A stretch of 64,000 bases of DNA from Chromatiales bacterium (lineage in GTDB: Bacteria > Pseudomonadota > Gammaproteobacteria > SpSt-1174): contig JABURS010000019.1 of NCBI GenBank assembly GCA_014762505.1, forward strand, positions 12,919-76,918, read 5' to 3'. Each line of letters starts with the position of its first letter. Position 1 is the stretch's first letter. Below the pieces are notes generated by a model that searched no databases, was not told the origin of the DNA, and worked only from the letters and a program-made list of their open reading frames with translations. The position numbers and the translations under genes were made by a program. Below are positions 29,944 to 41,091 of this stretch, piece after piece.

Positions 29944-30753
29944 ATGCCGCTGAATGCAAGCCCTGCACCGACGGACCGCGAGCTGCCGTTCTACCAGCCC
30001 GTCGGCAGCGAGTGCGATCTCTTCGAGCGAGCCTACCGGCAGCGGCTGCCGCTGTTGCTCAAGGGCCCCACCGGCTGCGGCAAGACGCGCTTCGTGAGTC
30101 ACATGGCGGTGCGCCTGGGACGCCCCCTGTTCACGGTCTCCTGCCACGATGACCTCACCGCCGCCGACCTCACCGGGCGCTATCTCCTCAAAGGCGGGGA
30201 GACCCGATGGGTGGACGGTCCGCTCACCCGGGCTGTGCGCGAGGGCGGCATCTGCTACCTGGACGAGGTGGTCGAGGCACGCAAGGACGTGACGGTGGTG
30301 CTGCATCCGCTCACCGATGACCGACGCCTGCTGCCGCTCGAACGCACGGGCGAGCTGCTGGAGGCGCCGGACGAGTTCATGCTGGTGGTCTCATACAACC
30401 CGGGTTACCAGCACATCCTCAAGTCTCTCAAACCGAGCACGCGCCAGCGCTTCGTGGCCACGAGCTTCTCCTTCCCCCCGCCCGGGCTGGAGCGCGACAT
30501 CGTGGCCCGCGAGAGCGGTCTCGCGCAGGCGCAATGCGCCGCACTGGTCAACCTGGCCGTGCGGCTGCGGGCGATGAAGGGGCAGGACCTGGAGGAGGGC
30601 GTTTCCACGCGCCTGCTGGTCTACTGCGCCACGCTCATCGCCTCCGGCATGCCCATCCTCGAGGCGGCCCGCGTCACGCTGGTGGAGCCCCTGAGCGATG
30701 ACGAGGACGTGCAGCAGGGGCTGCTCGAGGCCATCCACGCCACCTTCGGCTGA
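29944..30753 (+). CDS. norQ: NorQ MoxR-type AAA+ ATPase (NOR activation)
   Basis: GPTGCGKT Walker A. Located after norCB. Confidence 0.85.
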   Translation: MPLNASPAPTDRELPFYQPVGSECDLFERAYRQRLPLLLKGPTGCGKTRFVSHMAVRLGRPLFTVSCHDDLTAADLTGRYLLKGGETRWVDGPLTRAVREGGICYLDEVVEARKDVTVVLHPLTDDRRLLPLERTGELLEAPDEFMLVVSYNPGYQHILKSLKPSTRQRFVATSFSFPPPGLERDIVARESGLAQAQCAALVNLAVRLRAMKGQDLEEGVSTRLLVYCATLIASGMPILEAARVTLVEPLSDDEDVQQGLLEAIHATFG

Positions 30754-30791
30754 AGACAGACCGGCCGCACAGGCCGCGGGAGGTTCGGCAC

Positions 30792-32723
30792 ATGTTCCAG
30801 TTCCTCGAGGTCGAGGAATTCGTCGGTCGTTACTGGCACCGCTGGGCCACACGGGCCGCCAGCTACCCCCGCCATCCGGAGGCGGCGGTGTCGCTCGACA
30901 CGCTGCGCCCCGTGCTGGGGGTGTTCTTTCGTGCCAGCGGCGGCGAGGCGGGACTGGCGGTGGAGGCCATCGCCGCCGGGGGCTCGGGCCATCGCCTCAG
31001 CCTGCGCCAGCGCCTCGGCCTGGACGAGGAGCACCTGGACCTCGCGCGCCGCGACGAGGAAAACCTGCTGCTGCCGCCGCAGATCGCGCTCTTTCCCGAG
31101 CGCCCCCTCAACCGTGATCTCTACTTCTGGCTGACCGCCTTCCTGGCGCTGGCCCGCCACCCCGGGCCCCAGGCCGACCCCCTGCGCCGGGACATCGCCT
31201 GGTTGCGCGAGGCCTTTCGCGCGCAGACGGCGGTGCTCGCGCAGTTCCCGGGGCTGCGCGAGCGCCATGCGCGCCTCCGCCAGGCCCTGCTGGCCATCCG
31301 CCCGCGACGCCGCCTGCCCAGGGCGGAGTCCATGGTGGAGACGGTCATCCGCGCCCTGCTCGGTGACGATGGCCCGTGCGCCGGGGAGGCCCGCGCGCTG
31401 CTCGATCTCGTGCGTGCGCCGGGCGAGGTCGTGCTGACGGCCTATCGCGTACCGCGGGACTACCGACCGCCGCTGCCCGTGCCCCTGTGGGGGCAGGTGA
31501 CGACGCTCGGCACCGGTGAGGCCCGGGCACCCGAAGACGAGGGCGACGACGAGGGGGGCGACGCCCGGGCGGTCGATGGCGGCAGGCGCCAGGCGCAGCG
31601 CCGCCGGCAGGACCAGAGCGAGCGCGACGACCCGCTGGTGTTCAGCCGCTTCGAGAAGCTGCTGAGCCTCAGCGAGATGGTGAACCTCAACCGGCTGGTC
31701 GAGGACGAGGAGGACGAGGCGGCCCGGCGCGCCGCCGACCAGCTCGAGGAGATCGTCATCGGCCCGCACCAGCGGCGTGCCGCCACCCGCCTGCGGGTGG
31801 AGCTCGACCTGGCCCCGGATGCGGTCACGGGCGGGCGCCTCGCGGGGCGGTACCGCTACCCGGAGTGGAACCACCGCCGGCAGGCCTACCTGCCGGACCA
31901 CTGCCTGGTGCTCACCGACCGGCAGGCGGAAGGGGAGGACTGGGTGCCCGACGAGGCCACGCGGCGGCGCATCCGGCGGGTGCGTCGCGAGTTCGAGGCC
32001 CTGCGTCCGCGCCGCGAACTGCTGCGCGCGCAGCTGGACGGCAACGAGCTGGATACCGATGCCCTGATCCGTGCCCGCTGCGACCTCGCCGCCACCGGCG
32101 AGTCCGGCGACCGGTTCTACCTGGCCACCCGCGCGCAGGCCCGCGACCTGGCCGTCTCCATCCTGGTGGACGTCTCGCTCTCCACCGACGCCTGGCTCGA
32201 CGACCGCCGGGTGCTGGACGTGGAGAAGGAGGCGCTGCTGGTGCTGGGGCACGGGCTGGCGGGTTGCGGCGATGACTACGCCATCCACAGCTTCACCTCG
32301 CATCGCCGCCACCGGGTCTGGGTGAACACCCTCAAGGACTTCGAGGAGCCCATGGGCGAGCGGGTGACGCGCCGCATCGCGGCGCTGCAGCCCGGCCACT
32401 ACACCCGCATGGGCCCGGCCATCCGTCACGTCACGGCCGGGCTGGCCGAGCGCCCCAACCGCCACCGCCTGCTGCTGGTGCTCACCGACGGCAAGCCCAA
32501 CGACACGGACTACTACGAGGGGCGTTACGGGATCGAGGACACGCGCAAGGCGGTGCTGGAGGCGCGCCGGCAGGAGGTGCGCGTCTTCGGCGTGACCATC
32601 GACCGTGAGGCGCAGCAGTACATCCCGCATCTCTTCGGCCGCGGCGGCTACGCCATCGTCAACCGCCCCGAGCACCTGGCGCTGGCCCTGCCGGGCATCT
32701 ACCGCCAGATCATCGGGCTCTGA
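30792..32723 (+). CDS. norD: NorD von Willebrand factor A protein (NOR activation)
   Basis: 643 aa, C-terminal VWA (LLLVLTDGKPND..). Follows norQ. Confidence 0.85.
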   Translation: MFQFLEVEEFVGRYWHRWATRAASYPRHPEAAVSLDTLRPVLGVFFRASGGEAGLAVEAIAAGGSGHRLSLRQRLGLDEEHLDLARRDEENLLLPPQIALFPERPLNRDLYFWLTAFLALARHPGPQADPLRRDIAWLREAFRAQTAVLAQFPGLRERHARLRQALLAIRPRRRLPRAESMVETVIRALLGDDGPCAGEARALLDLVRAPGEVVLTAYRVPRDYRPPLPVPLWGQVTTLGTGEARAPEDEGDDEGGDARAVDGGRRQAQRRRQDQSERDDPLVFSRFEKLLSLSEMVNLNRLVEDEEDEAARRAADQLEEIVIGPHQRRAATRLRVELDLAPDAVTGGRLAGRYRYPEWNHRRQAYLPDHCLVLTDRQAEGEDWVPDEATRRRIRRVRREFEALRPRRELLRAQLDGNELDTDALIRARCDLAATGESGDRFYLATRAQARDLAVSILVDVSLSTDAWLDDRRVLDVEKEALLVLGHGLAGCGDDYAIHSFTSHRRHRVWVNTLKDFEEPMGERVTRRIAALQPGHYTRMGPAIRHVTAGLAERPNRHRLLLVLTDGKPNDTDYYEGRYGIEDTRKAVLEARRQEVRVFGVTIDREAQQYIPHLFGRGGYAIVNRPEHLALALPGIYRQIIGL

Positions 32724-32727
32724 GCGC

Positions 32728-32976
32728 ATGGGTAGCACGCGCCCCGCCCTCGCCATCACTGCCGGCCTGCTCGTCGCCCTGGCGGTCATCGCACCGCTGG
32801 CCTGGCTCGTCCATACCCGGGACTGGGGCGTGACGCTGATCCTGCTGGCGCCGTTCGTCATCTACGGGCTCATGCGCCTGGGCCGCGCCCTGGCCGACTG
32901 GGCGGATACGCCGCCTCCCTCATCGGATCTGCCCATTCGTGGGCCTGACGAGCCGGATCGGGACGGGGCGGCCTAG
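32728..32976 (+). CDS. Small hypothetical membrane protein (82 aa, two TM), possibly distal member of the nor operon
   Basis: ATG 32728, 5 nt after the norD stop. Hydrophobic helices. No family recognised. Confidence 0.35.
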   Translation: MGSTRPALAITAGLLVALAVIAPLAWLVHTRDWGVTLILLAPFVIYGLMRLGRALADWADTPPPSSDLPIRGPDEPDRDGAA

Positions 32977-33419
32977 GGACCGGTCGGTTCCCAGCCTCGC
33001 AGGATCGTCGTTGCCAGCTGTACCAGCTCCTCACGCCAGCCCGTGTGCCCCACCGGTATGCCGATCAAGGCCCAGCGGGCCGGCAGCGTGCCCAGGGCGT
33101 CCAGGAGGCGCAGCGTGGTGCCCACGCCGATGCCGTGGCTGCTGGCGTCCTGCCAGTGCACGAGTTCGTCGAGCGTGATGGGGCGGACCGCGTCTATCCT
33201 GCTATCCGGGGTGCTGTCCGGGGCGAGGGCGTCGAGCAGCAGGGCATGGCTTGCGGGGGCGAGCAGGGCGGGCAGTTCGGCGGCGGGATTGCCGGTGAGG
33301 CGGGTCTCGAGGTCGATCGATGCGCTGCCGGCGAGCGCGGCCGCGAGGTGACGGGCGGCTACCCAGCCCAGGGTGTCGGCGCCGAAGGGGGAGCCGATGC
33401 CGACCAGCGTCAGCCTCAT
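32973..33419 (-). CDS. [NiFe] hydrogenase maturation endopeptidase (HoxW/HycI family)
   Basis: MRLTLVGIGSPFGADTLGW N-terminus. 148 aa. ATG overlaps the hydA stop (ATGA). Confidence 0.75.
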   Translation of the reverse strand: MRLTLVGIGSPFGADTLGWVAARHLAAALAGSASIDLETRLTGNPAAELPALLAPASHALLLDALAPDSTPDSRIDAVRPITLDELVHWQDASSHGIGVGTTLRLLDALGTLPARWALIGIPVGHTGWREELVQLATTILRGWEPTGP

Positions 33420-34717
33420 GCCCCGTCGCGGCGGACGTTCACGCGCAGGAAGTGCGTGGCGCAGGAGATGCAGGGGTCGTAGTTGCGGATGACGGTCTCG
33501 GCATGCAGGCGGATGGCGTCGTCCGAGTGGTCGAGGCCGAAGGCCTGGATGGACCGGTGCAGGTCGTCCTCGATGCGGGCCTGGTTCTGCGCCGTGGGCG
33601 GCACGATGCGCGCGCTTTTCACCCGACCGTCCGCGTCGAAGTCGTAGCGGTGCCAGAGGATGCCGCGCGGCGCCTCGGTGACGCCGAAGCCCGTGCCCGC
33701 CCGCGGCGTGATCTCCTCGAAGGGCCGGTCGGGACGGCTGTAGCCCTCGAGCAGGCGGATCGCCTCCAGCAGGGCGTAATGGATCTCGATGGCGCGTGCG
33801 ACGATGCTGTGGAACATGTTGCGGCTGGGAAACTGCACCGGCAGCTCGTCGAGCAGCGGCAGGGCCTGGGCGAGCTGCTCGCGGTTGAGGTTGACGCGCG
33901 CCAGCGGCCCGGTGAGATAGGGCTGGTCGTCGACATAGGAATACAGCGCCGTGGAATGCGGCACGTGGGCCTCGCGAAAATGCGTCTCGTAGTCCTCGGC
34001 GGCCAGCGACAGGCCGGTGTCGGTGATGACGCGCCCGGCGTAGATGCCGTACTCGTCCGGATGGTGCAGGGCGACGTTGATGAAGTCCTGGCGGTCGTCC
34101 GGGAAGTCCAGCGTGGCAGTCCAGCGCACCAGGTTCTCGGCATCGACCAGGGCCGCGCGCAGGGCCTGCAGCAGCGCGTCGGCCTCGGCATAGGAGGGCG
34201 CGTGGTGGAAGCCGCCGGGTCGGATGCCCACCGGGTGCACGGAGCGCCCGCCGAGGAAACGGATGAGCCGGTTGCCCAGCCCCTGCAGGTGCAGGCCGCG
34301 CTTCACCTCCTCGGGGAAGTCGCGCGCCATCTCGATGGCGCTGCCAAAACCCAGGAAGTCCGGCACGGCCAGCAGGTGTACGTGCAGGGCGTGGCTCTGG
34401 ATCCATTCCCCGCAGTACATCAGGCGGCGCATCTCGCGCACCCAGGGGCCGGCCGCGTGACCGAAGGCCTGCTCGATGGCCTGGGCGGCGCTCATCTGGT
34501 AGGCCACCGGGCAGATGCCGCAGATGCGGGCGACGATGTCCGGGATCTCGTGGTGGTTGCGACCCTCGAGGAACTTCTCGAAGTAGCGCGGCGGCTCGAA
34601 GATGCGCAGCCTGAGCTCGCGGATCGCGCCGTCACGGATGTCGAGGTCCAGCGCGCCCTCGCCCTCGACGCGGGCGAGCACCGGGACGTTGATGGTGATG
34701 GGGCGGTTGACGTCCAT
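33416..34717 (-). CDS. hydA: [NiFe] hydrogenase large (alpha) subunit, group 3b sulfhydrogenase-type
   Basis: N-terminal RICGICPVAY and C-terminal DPCISCATH Ni-binding Cys motifs. 433 aa, cytoplasmic group 3 size. Confidence 0.85.
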   Translation of the reverse strand: MDVNRPITINVPVLARVEGEGALDLDIRDGAIRELRLRIFEPPRYFEKFLEGRNHHEIPDIVARICGICPVAYQMSAAQAIEQAFGHAAGPWVREMRRLMYCGEWIQSHALHVHLLAVPDFLGFGSAIEMARDFPEEVKRGLHLQGLGNRLIRFLGGRSVHPVGIRPGGFHHAPSYAEADALLQALRAALVDAENLVRWTATLDFPDDRQDFINVALHHPDEYGIYAGRVITDTGLSLAAEDYETHFREAHVPHSTALYSYVDDQPYLTGPLARVNLNREQLAQALPLLDELPVQFPSRNMFHSIVARAIEIHYALLEAIRLLEGYSRPDRPFEEITPRAGTGFGVTEAPRGILWHRYDFDADGRVKSARIVPPTAQNQARIEDDLHRSIQAFGLDHSDDAIRLHAETVIRNYDPCISCATHFLRVNVRRDGA

Positions 34718-34720
34718 GGC

Positions 34721-35527
34721 CTACTCGCTGCGGTGCTTGTTGCCGGCCACGCGAAAGGCCGGGGCGTGGCTGTTGATGAAGTGGAAGCGCCGCGTGACGT
34801 CACCCGGCTGCAGGCCCAGGGTGCCGAGCCGCTGGCCCAGGGCGTCGGTGTTGACCGTCTCGGCCGGGCCGTAGCAGGCGTAGCAGTCGCGGCCATAGCG
34901 CGGGCAGATCGCGCCGCAGCCGGTCTGCGTGACCGGGCCCATGCAGGGCATGCCCTTCGCCACCATCACGCACACGGCGTTCTGGCGCTTGCACTCCAGG
35001 CAGACCTTGTCGCGCGACTGCGTGGGCTGCACGCCATGCAGCAGGTCGTGCAGCACGCCCACCACCTGCGCGGTGTTCACCGGGCAGCCCCAGATCTCCA
35101 GGTCCACCTTCACGTGCTCGGCCACCGGCGTGGCGGTGTCCAGGCTGGCGACGTATTCGGGGCTCGCGTACACCGCCTGGCGCCACGCGTCCACGCCGTC
35201 GGCATAGAGGTTGCGCAGGGCCTGCAGGCCGCCGGAGGTGGCGCAGGCGCCGATGCTGATCAGGTAACCGCTGTGCGCGCGGATGTGTTCGAGACGCTCG
35301 CGCTCCTCGGGCGTGGAGACGCTGCCCTCGATGAAGGCGATGTCGGCGGGCGCATCCGGATCGACGGGGCCGGCCTCGGCGAAGTGCACGAACTCGACCA
35401 GCTCGCTCACCGCGAGCAGGGCCTCGCCGGCGTTGAGGAAGGCCAGCTGGCAGCCGTCGCAGGAGCTGAACTTGTGCACCGCGACCCGCGGCCGGCGGCC
35501 GGCGAAGCCCGAGTAGTCAAAGCCCAT
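34721..35527 (-). CDS. hydD: [NiFe] hydrogenase small (delta) subunit
   Basis: Cys ligands for proximal/medial/distal clusters (CDGCQ..GACATSGG..CPVN..CLEC..C). GAGGGGG SD. Confidence 0.85.
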   Translation of the reverse strand: MGFDYSGFAGRRPRVAVHKFSSCDGCQLAFLNAGEALLAVSELVEFVHFAEAGPVDPDAPADIAFIEGSVSTPEERERLEHIRAHSGYLISIGACATSGGLQALRNLYADGVDAWRQAVYASPEYVASLDTATPVAEHVKVDLEIWGCPVNTAQVVGVLHDLLHGVQPTQSRDKVCLECKRQNAVCVMVAKGMPCMGPVTQTGCGAICPRYGRDCYACYGPAETVNTDALGQRLGTLGLQPGDVTRRFHFINSHAPAFRVAGNKHRSE

Positions 35528-36376
35528 TCAGAACCCCCTCACGCCCAGCAGCGGGGCGAGCTCGGTGTAGTTGAACACGGGCCCGTCCTTGCAGACGAAG
35601 TGCGGGCCGAGCTGGCAGTGGCCGCAGTGGCCGACGCCGCAGTGCATGTTGCGCTCCATGCTGAGCCACAGGTTCCCGGCGGCCATGTCGCGGGCGAGCA
35701 GCGCCTCGGCGCAGGCCTGCATCATGCGCTCGGGGCCGCACATCATGGCGATGGCATTGTCGCGGTCGAACTGCGCGCGGTCGATGAGCTCGGTGACCAG
35801 GCCGACGTGGTAGGGCCAGCCCTGGCCGGCGATGTCGGCGGCGAGCAGGACCTGGGTGTCCGGCAGTTTCGCCCAGGCCATGTAGCGGTCGTGCCAGATG
35901 AGGTCGTCGGTGTGCTTCACGCCCTGCAGGATCACCAGTCGGCCGAAGCGTTCCCGGCGCCTCACCACGTAATTGATCACCGAGACCAGCGGGGCGCAGC
36001 CCAGGCCGCCGGTGATGAGCACCACGTCGTGGCCACAGGCCTGGTCCAGCGGCCAGCCTCGGCCGAAGGGCCCGCGGATGCCGACGCGCTGGCCGGCCCT
36101 GAGCTGCTCCAGGCCACGGGTGACGCGTCCCACGGCGCGGATGGTGTGGTCGAGCAGACTGTCGTCGTCCGGGTCGGAGACGATGGAGATGGGCACCTCG
36201 CCGATGCCCTGCAGGTAGACCATGTTGAACTGGCCGGGGACGAAGGCATAGGCAGCGTGCGCGGCCTGGTCGGTCATGCGCAGGCGCAGGGTGTAGATGC
36301 TCTCCGATTCCTGGATGCGCTCGACGATCTCGGCCTCGGCCGGCAGGCTGGGGTTGGGCATGGGCGCCTCAGTCAT
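35528..36376 (-). CDS. hydG: Sulfhydrogenase gamma subunit (FAD/NAD(P)-binding, C-terminal 2Fe-2S)
   Basis: Ferredoxin-NADP reductase-like fold, C-terminal CGVGHCGHC. Start ATG 36376 with GGAGG SD (track start 36394). Confidence 0.8.
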   Translation of the reverse strand: MTEAPMPNPSLPAEAEIVERIQESESIYTLRLRMTDQAAHAAYAFVPGQFNMVYLQGIGEVPISIVSDPDDDSLLDHTIRAVGRVTRGLEQLRAGQRVGIRGPFGRGWPLDQACGHDVVLITGGLGCAPLVSVINYVVRRRERFGRLVILQGVKHTDDLIWHDRYMAWAKLPDTQVLLAADIAGQGWPYHVGLVTELIDRAQFDRDNAIAMMCGPERMMQACAEALLARDMAAGNLWLSMERNMHCGVGHCGHCQLGPHFVCKDGPVFNYTELAPLLGVRGF

Positions 36377-37496
36377 GGTCGCCTCCGGTGGCATGGATGC
36401 GCGCCACCTCCTCGGTGAGGTCGATGCCCACCGGGCACCAGGTGATGCAGCGCCCGCAGCCGGTGCAGCCCGAGCGGCCGTACTGGTCGTGCCAGCCGCC
36501 GAGTTTGTGCGTGAGCCACTGGCGATAGCGCAGGCGCGTGTCGCTGCGGATCACGATGCCGGCGAGGTAGCTGTGGCCCTCGGTGAAGCAGGAATCCCAT
36601 TCGCGGTAATGCCGGCCCTGGTCGCCATCGAGTAGCGGCACGTCGTGTTCGGCATGGCAGAAGCAGGTGGGGCAGACCGAGGTACAGTTGCCGCAGCTCA
36701 GGCAGCGCGCCGCCACGTCGTCCCACTGCGGGTGATCGAGGTTGGCGAACAGCAGGTCGCGCAGGTTGCGCGAGGGCAGGGTGCGCGTCTGGCGTTCGCC
36801 GGCCGCCGCGACGGCGGCCTCTGCCTGCGCGACCTGCGTGCCGGAGGCCTCCGGGAGCGAGAGCGAGGCGAGCACGCTGGTGCCCGCCTCGCTGCCGGCA
36901 GCGACGAGATAGCCCGCATCCGTCTCGTGCAGCGCGAGGTCGAAGCCTGCCGTGCACAGCGGGCCATCACCCGTGGAGGCGCAGAAGCAGGTGGCGGCCG
37001 GTGCCGTGCAGTGCACGGCGACGATGAAGAGGTTCCGGCGGCGGGCGGCGTAGTAGGCGTCGGCATGCGCGCCTTGCAGAAAATGCTGGTCCTGCAGGTG
37101 CAGGGCGGCGAGGTCGCAGGCCCGCGCCCCGATCACGGCAACCTTCTCCCCGGCGGGCAGGGTGGCGGCAAACTGCAGGTGGCCATCGGCACCGATGCGG
37201 CTCTCCCACAGCGTCTCGCGCGGGGCGAAGGTGAGCGGCTTGATGGCCTGCGGGCCGTTGGCCCAGGCAAAGGCGCGGGAGGGATCGGCGTGTTGCAGGC
37301 GGTAGTGGCCGGGGGCCTGTTCGTCCTGCCAGCCCCAGGGCAGGTCGGCGGCCTGTCCCAGGGTGTCGAAGACGATGGCGCCGTCGCGCGGCTGTGGGCC
37401 GACGCAGCGATAGCCGTCCTCGCGCAGGGCGGTGAGCAGGGTGTCGAGTGCGTGGCTGGCGAGTACCCGTTGAGATGTCCCCATGCGCCCAAGCAT
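36369..37496 (-). CDS. hydB: Sulfhydrogenase beta subunit (4Fe-4S dicluster protein, AsrA-like)
   Basis: [14 protein letters not shown] and [12 protein letters not shown] ferredoxin motifs. Start uncertain (ATG 37496 or 37484). Confidence 0.75.
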   Translation of the reverse strand: MLGRMGTSQRVLASHALDTLLTALREDGYRCVGPQPRDGAIVFDTLGQAADLPWGWQDEQAPGHYRLQHADPSRAFAWANGPQAIKPLTFAPRETLWESRIGADGHLQFAATLPAGEKVAVIGARACDLAALHLQDQHFLQGAHADAYYAARRRNLFIVAVHCTAPAATCFCASTGDGPLCTAGFDLALHETDAGYLVAAGSEAGTSVLASLSLPEASGTQVAQAEAAVAAAGERQTRTLPSRNLRDLLFANLDHPQWDDVAARCLSCGNCTSVCPTCFCHAEHDVPLLDGDQGRHYREWDSCFTEGHSYLAGIVIRSDTRLRYRQWLTHKLGGWHDQYGRSGCTGCGRCITWCPVGIDLTEEVARIHATGGDHD

Positions 37497-37557
37497 AGCG
37501 CGAAATCGTGACGGGTGTTTGACCTGGGGCAGGCCCTGGTCGGAAAGAACGGTGGCC

Positions 37558-38112
37558 TCAGTGGGCCTCGAGCTTGCCCAGCTCCGCGACGATGCTGTTG
37601 AGCAGGGACTCACCCTGGGCCCCCATGCCCTTCGCCAGCCGGTCCACGTCGCGCTCGCCGTTCACCAGCCGGCGCATGATGCCGCCCAGGCGGGCCATGT
37701 CGCCGCCGGCGGCGGTCATCTGCTCGGCCATGTGGGAGAGCAGGCTCAGGGCCTCGGCATTGCCGCGCGCGGCCTGGTGGATCATGTGGGCGAGCCCGGG
37801 GGCGGCCATGGTGGGGTCGGCGCTCTGCGCGGGATCGGGCAGCGTGCCCGGGTCCTGCAGGCCGCGCAGGATGGCCTCGACGATGATGCTGTCTTCCTCG
37901 TCCAGGCCGCCCAACAGGGCCATGTCGCGGCTGCCGTCGAGGATCTTGCGGATGGCGGCCACCAGCGCCACCCAGCCGTTCTGCTCGGAGACGCGCAGCG
38001 GCTCGTCGAGCTGGTGTTTCAGTGCCGGGTTCTGCGCCGCCTGCACCACGCCGACGATGAGGGCGGCGTGGGCCTGGACGATCTGCTGGTCTCTTTCGGG
38101 CAGCTTGGCCAT
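37558..38112 (-). CDS. Hypothetical protein (184 aa), all-alpha
   Basis: ORF between valS and hydB on the same strand. No motif recognised. Confidence 0.45.
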   Translation of the reverse strand: MAKLPERDQQIVQAHAALIVGVVQAAQNPALKHQLDEPLRVSEQNGWVALVAAIRKILDGSRDMALLGGLDEEDSIIVEAILRGLQDPGTLPDPAQSADPTMAAPGLAHMIHQAARGNAEALSLLSHMAEQMTAAGGDMARLGGIMRRLVNGERDVDRLAKGMGAQGESLLNSIVAELGKLEAH

Positions 38113-38125
38113 GGTGCGGGTCCTC

Positions 38126-40978
38126 CTACAGGGCGCGGATCTTCTCGCGCTGGGCCTCGAGCTGTTCGAGGGCCGTGCGCATCTCGGCCTGGCGGTCGCG
38201 CTCCTTCTGCACCACCTCGGCCGGGGCCTTGTCGGCGAAGTTGGGGTTGGCGAGCTTGGCCTCGGTCTTCTCCAGGTTGGACTGGATCTTGCCGATCTCC
38301 TTGTCCAGGCGCGCGAGCTCGGCGTCCTTGTCGACCAGGCCGGCCAGCGGGATGAGGATCTTCATCTTGCCGACCAGCGCGGTGGCCGATTCCGGCGCCT
38401 CGGCATCGGCGGCCAGCCACTCCACGCCCTCGGGCCTGGCGAGGAAGTTGATGAAGGGGGCGTTGGCCGTGAAGCGGGCCTTGTCGGCCTCGGTCCAGTC
38501 CTGCAGCAGCACCGGCAGCGGCTTGCCCGGCGGGATGTCCATCTCCGCGCGGATGCGGCGCATGCCGAGGATGAAGGTCTTCACCCACTCGATGTCCTGC
38601 ATCGCCTGCGGATCGACCTTGCCTTCGTCCGCCTCGGGGTAGGGCTGCAGCTGGATGGTGTCCCCCCGGCTGCCGGCCAGCGGCGCGATCTGCTGCCAGA
38701 TCTCCTCGGTGATGTACGGCATGATCGGGTGCATCAGGCGCAGCAGGGTCTCGAGCACGCGCACCAGGGTGCGGCGGGTGCCGCGCTGGGCCGCGGCCGG
38801 TGTGTGCTCGTCGAACAGCACCGGCTTGGAGAGTTCCAGGTACCAGTCGCAGTACTCGTGCCAGGTGAACTCGTAGAGCGCCTTGGCGGCCAGATCGAAG
38901 CGGTAGTGCTCGATGTGGTCGCGCACCTCGGCCTCGGTCTGTTGCAGCAGGCTCGTGATCCAGCGGTCGGCCAGCGACAGCTCGACCTCGCCCTCGATGC
39001 CGGTGGCCGCTCCCGACGTCCTGTCTCCCGTGGCACTTGTACCTCCCTGTACATCGTCCTTCCCTTCCGTCTGCATCAGCACGTAGCGCGCGGCGTTCCA
39101 CAGCTTGTTGCAGAAGTTGCGGTAGCCCTCGATGCGGTTGAGGTCGAAGCGGATGTCGCGGCCGGTGGAGGCCAGCGAGGCGAAGGTGAAGCGCAGGGCG
39201 TCGGTGCCGAAGGCGGGGATGCCGTCGGGGAACTGCTTCTTCGTCGACTTGCGGATCTTGTCGGCCATCTGCGGCTGCATCAGCCCGCTGGTGCGCTTGG
39301 CGATCAGGTCGTCGAGCGCGATGCCGTCGATGAGATCGATGGGGTCGAGCACGTTGCCCTTGGACTTGGACATCTTCTGGCCCTCGGCGTCGCGCACCAG
39401 GCCGTGGACGTAGATCTCGTGGAAGGGCACGTCGTCCATGAACTTCAGGCCCATCATGATCATGCGGGCCACCCAGAAGAAGATAATGTCGAAGCCCGTG
39501 ACCAGCACCGAGGTGGGGTAGAAGGCCTTGAGCTCGTCGGTGTTGTCCGGCCAGCCCAGGGTGGAGAAGGGCCAGAGCGCGGAGGAGAACCAGGTGTCGA
39601 GCACGTCCTCGTCCTGGGTGAGCACGACGTCGTCGGCAAGCCCGTACTTCGCGCGCGCCTCGGTCTCGTCGTGGGCAACGTAGACCTGGCCGTTCGCGTC
39701 GTACCAGGCCGGGATGCGGTGGCCCCACCAGAGCTGGCGGCTGATGCACCAGTCCTCGATGTTCTCCAGCCAGTTGTAGTAGGTCTTGTCCCAGTTCTCG
39801 GGCACGAACCTGATGCGCCCGCCGCGCACGGCGTCGATGGCCGGCCGGGTGATGGCCGCACGGCCGCCCGGGCGGCCGTCGTCCTGCTGCTCGCGTGTGA
39901 GGTCCACGAACCACTGGTCGGTGAGGTAGGGCTCGATCACCGCACCAGAGCGGTCGCCGCGTGGCACCATCAGCTTGTGGTCGACGACCTTCTCCAGCAG
40001 GCCCGCGGCCTCGAGGTCGGCGACGATCTGCCTGCGCGCGTCGTAGCGGTCGAGTCCGCGGTATGCCTCCGGCGCGTTGTCATTGATCTTCGCGTCAATG
40101 GTGAAGATGTTGATCTGCGGGAGGTCATGCCGCTGCCCGACCGCGTAGTCGTTGAAGTCGTGCGCGGGGGTGATCTTCACGCAGCCGGTGCCGAACTCGG
40201 GGTCGACGTAGTCATCGCCCACGATCGGGATCTCGCGGCCGGTGAGCGGCAGGCGGATCATCCGGCCGATGAGGGACTTGTAGCGTTCGTCCTCCGGGTG
40301 CACGGCCACCGCACTGTCGCCGAGCATGGTCTCTGGACGGGTGGTGGCGACCACCAGGTGCCCGGAGCCGTCGGCCAGCGGGTAGCGCATGTGCCACATG
40401 TGGCCGTTCTCCTCCTCGGAGACGACCTCCAGGTCGGAGATGGCGGTGTGCAGCACCGGGTCCCAGTTGACCAGGCGCTTGCCGCGGTAGATCAGGCCCT
40501 CCTCGTGCAGGCGCACGAAGACCTCGGTGACGGCGCGTGACAGGCCGGCGTCCATGGTGAAGCGTTCGCGGCTCCAGTCCAGCGAGGCGCCCATGCGGCG
40601 CAGCTGGCGGGTGATGTGGCCGCCCGATTCCTCCTTCCAGTCCCACACGCGATCCAGGAAGGCCTCGCGGCCGAGGTCGTGGCGCGTCTGGCCGGCGGCG
40701 GCGAGCTGGCGTTCCACCACCATCTGCGTGGCGATACCCGCGTGGTCGGTGCCCGCCTGCCACAGCGTGTTGTCGCCCTTCATGCGGTGGTAGCGGATCA
40801 GCGCGTCCATGATCGTGTCCTGGAACGCGTGGCCCATGTGCAGCGTGCCGGTGACGTTCGGCGGCGGGATCATGATGCAGTAGGGCTGGCCCTCGCCCTT
40901 GGGGGCGAAGTGACCGGCCTGTTCCCAGGTCTGGTACCAGTGCTGCTCGATGGCGTGCGGGTCGTAGGTCTTTTCCAT
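38126..40978 (-). CDS. valS: Valine--tRNA ligase
   Basis: HMGH and KMSKS class I motifs; C-terminal coiled coil. 950 aa from MEKTYDP.. (track N-extension is artefact). Confidence 0.95.
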   Translation of the reverse strand: MEKTYDPHAIEQHWYQTWEQAGHFAPKGEGQPYCIMIPPPNVTGTLHMGHAFQDTIMDALIRYHRMKGDNTLWQAGTDHAGIATQMVVERQLAAAGQTRHDLGREAFLDRVWDWKEESGGHITRQLRRMGASLDWSRERFTMDAGLSRAVTEVFVRLHEEGLIYRGKRLVNWDPVLHTAISDLEVVSEEENGHMWHMRYPLADGSGHLVVATTRPETMLGDSAVAVHPEDERYKSLIGRMIRLPLTGREIPIVGDDYVDPEFGTGCVKITPAHDFNDYAVGQRHDLPQINIFTIDAKINDNAPEAYRGLDRYDARRQIVADLEAAGLLEKVVDHKLMVPRGDRSGAVIEPYLTDQWFVDLTREQQDDGRPGGRAAITRPAIDAVRGGRIRFVPENWDKTYYNWLENIEDWCISRQLWWGHRIPAWYDANGQVYVAHDETEARAKYGLADDVVLTQDEDVLDTWFSSALWPFSTLGWPDNTDELKAFYPTSVLVTGFDIIFFWVARMIMMGLKFMDDVPFHEIYVHGLVRDAEGQKMSKSKGNVLDPIDLIDGIALDDLIAKRTSGLMQPQMADKIRKSTKKQFPDGIPAFGTDALRFTFASLASTGRDIRFDLNRIEGYRNFCNKLWNAARYVLMQTEGKDDVQGGTSATGDRTSGAATGIEGEVELSLADRWITSLLQQTEAEVRDHIEHYRFDLAAKALYEFTWHEYCDWYLELSKPVLFDEHTPAAAQRGTRRTLVRVLETLLRLMHPIMPYITEEIWQQIAPLAGSRGDTIQLQPYPEADEGKVDPQAMQDIEWVKTFILGMRRIRAEMDIPPGKPLPVLLQDWTEADKARFTANAPFINFLARPEGVEWLAADAEAPESATALVGKMKILIPLAGLVDKDAELARLDKEIGKIQSNLEKTEAKLANPNFADKAPAEVVQKERDRQAEMRTALEQLEAQREKIRAL

Positions 40979-41091
40979 GGATGCGGTCGCGTCAGCGGAT
41001 CGAATACGGTGTGCCGGCCGGTGTGCCGTCCTGACGGACGCGCGACCGGGGCGCGTAAAGCGGGGAAGTATATCGCAAGCGGGCGGGCGGT

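Noticed and set aside
30621-32861. 746-aa minus-strand ORF antisense to norD
   Set aside because: Shadow ORF. norD on the plus strand has VWA motifs and correct operon context.
33320-36418. 1032-aa plus-strand ORF over the hydrogenase operon
   Set aside because: Antisense to hydA/hydD/hydG, which have unambiguous NiFe-hydrogenase Cys motifs. No motif in this ORF; low-complexity composition.
37574-40540. 988-aa plus-strand ORF antisense to valS
   Set aside because: valS on the minus strand has HMGH/KMSKS motifs; this is its shadow frame.
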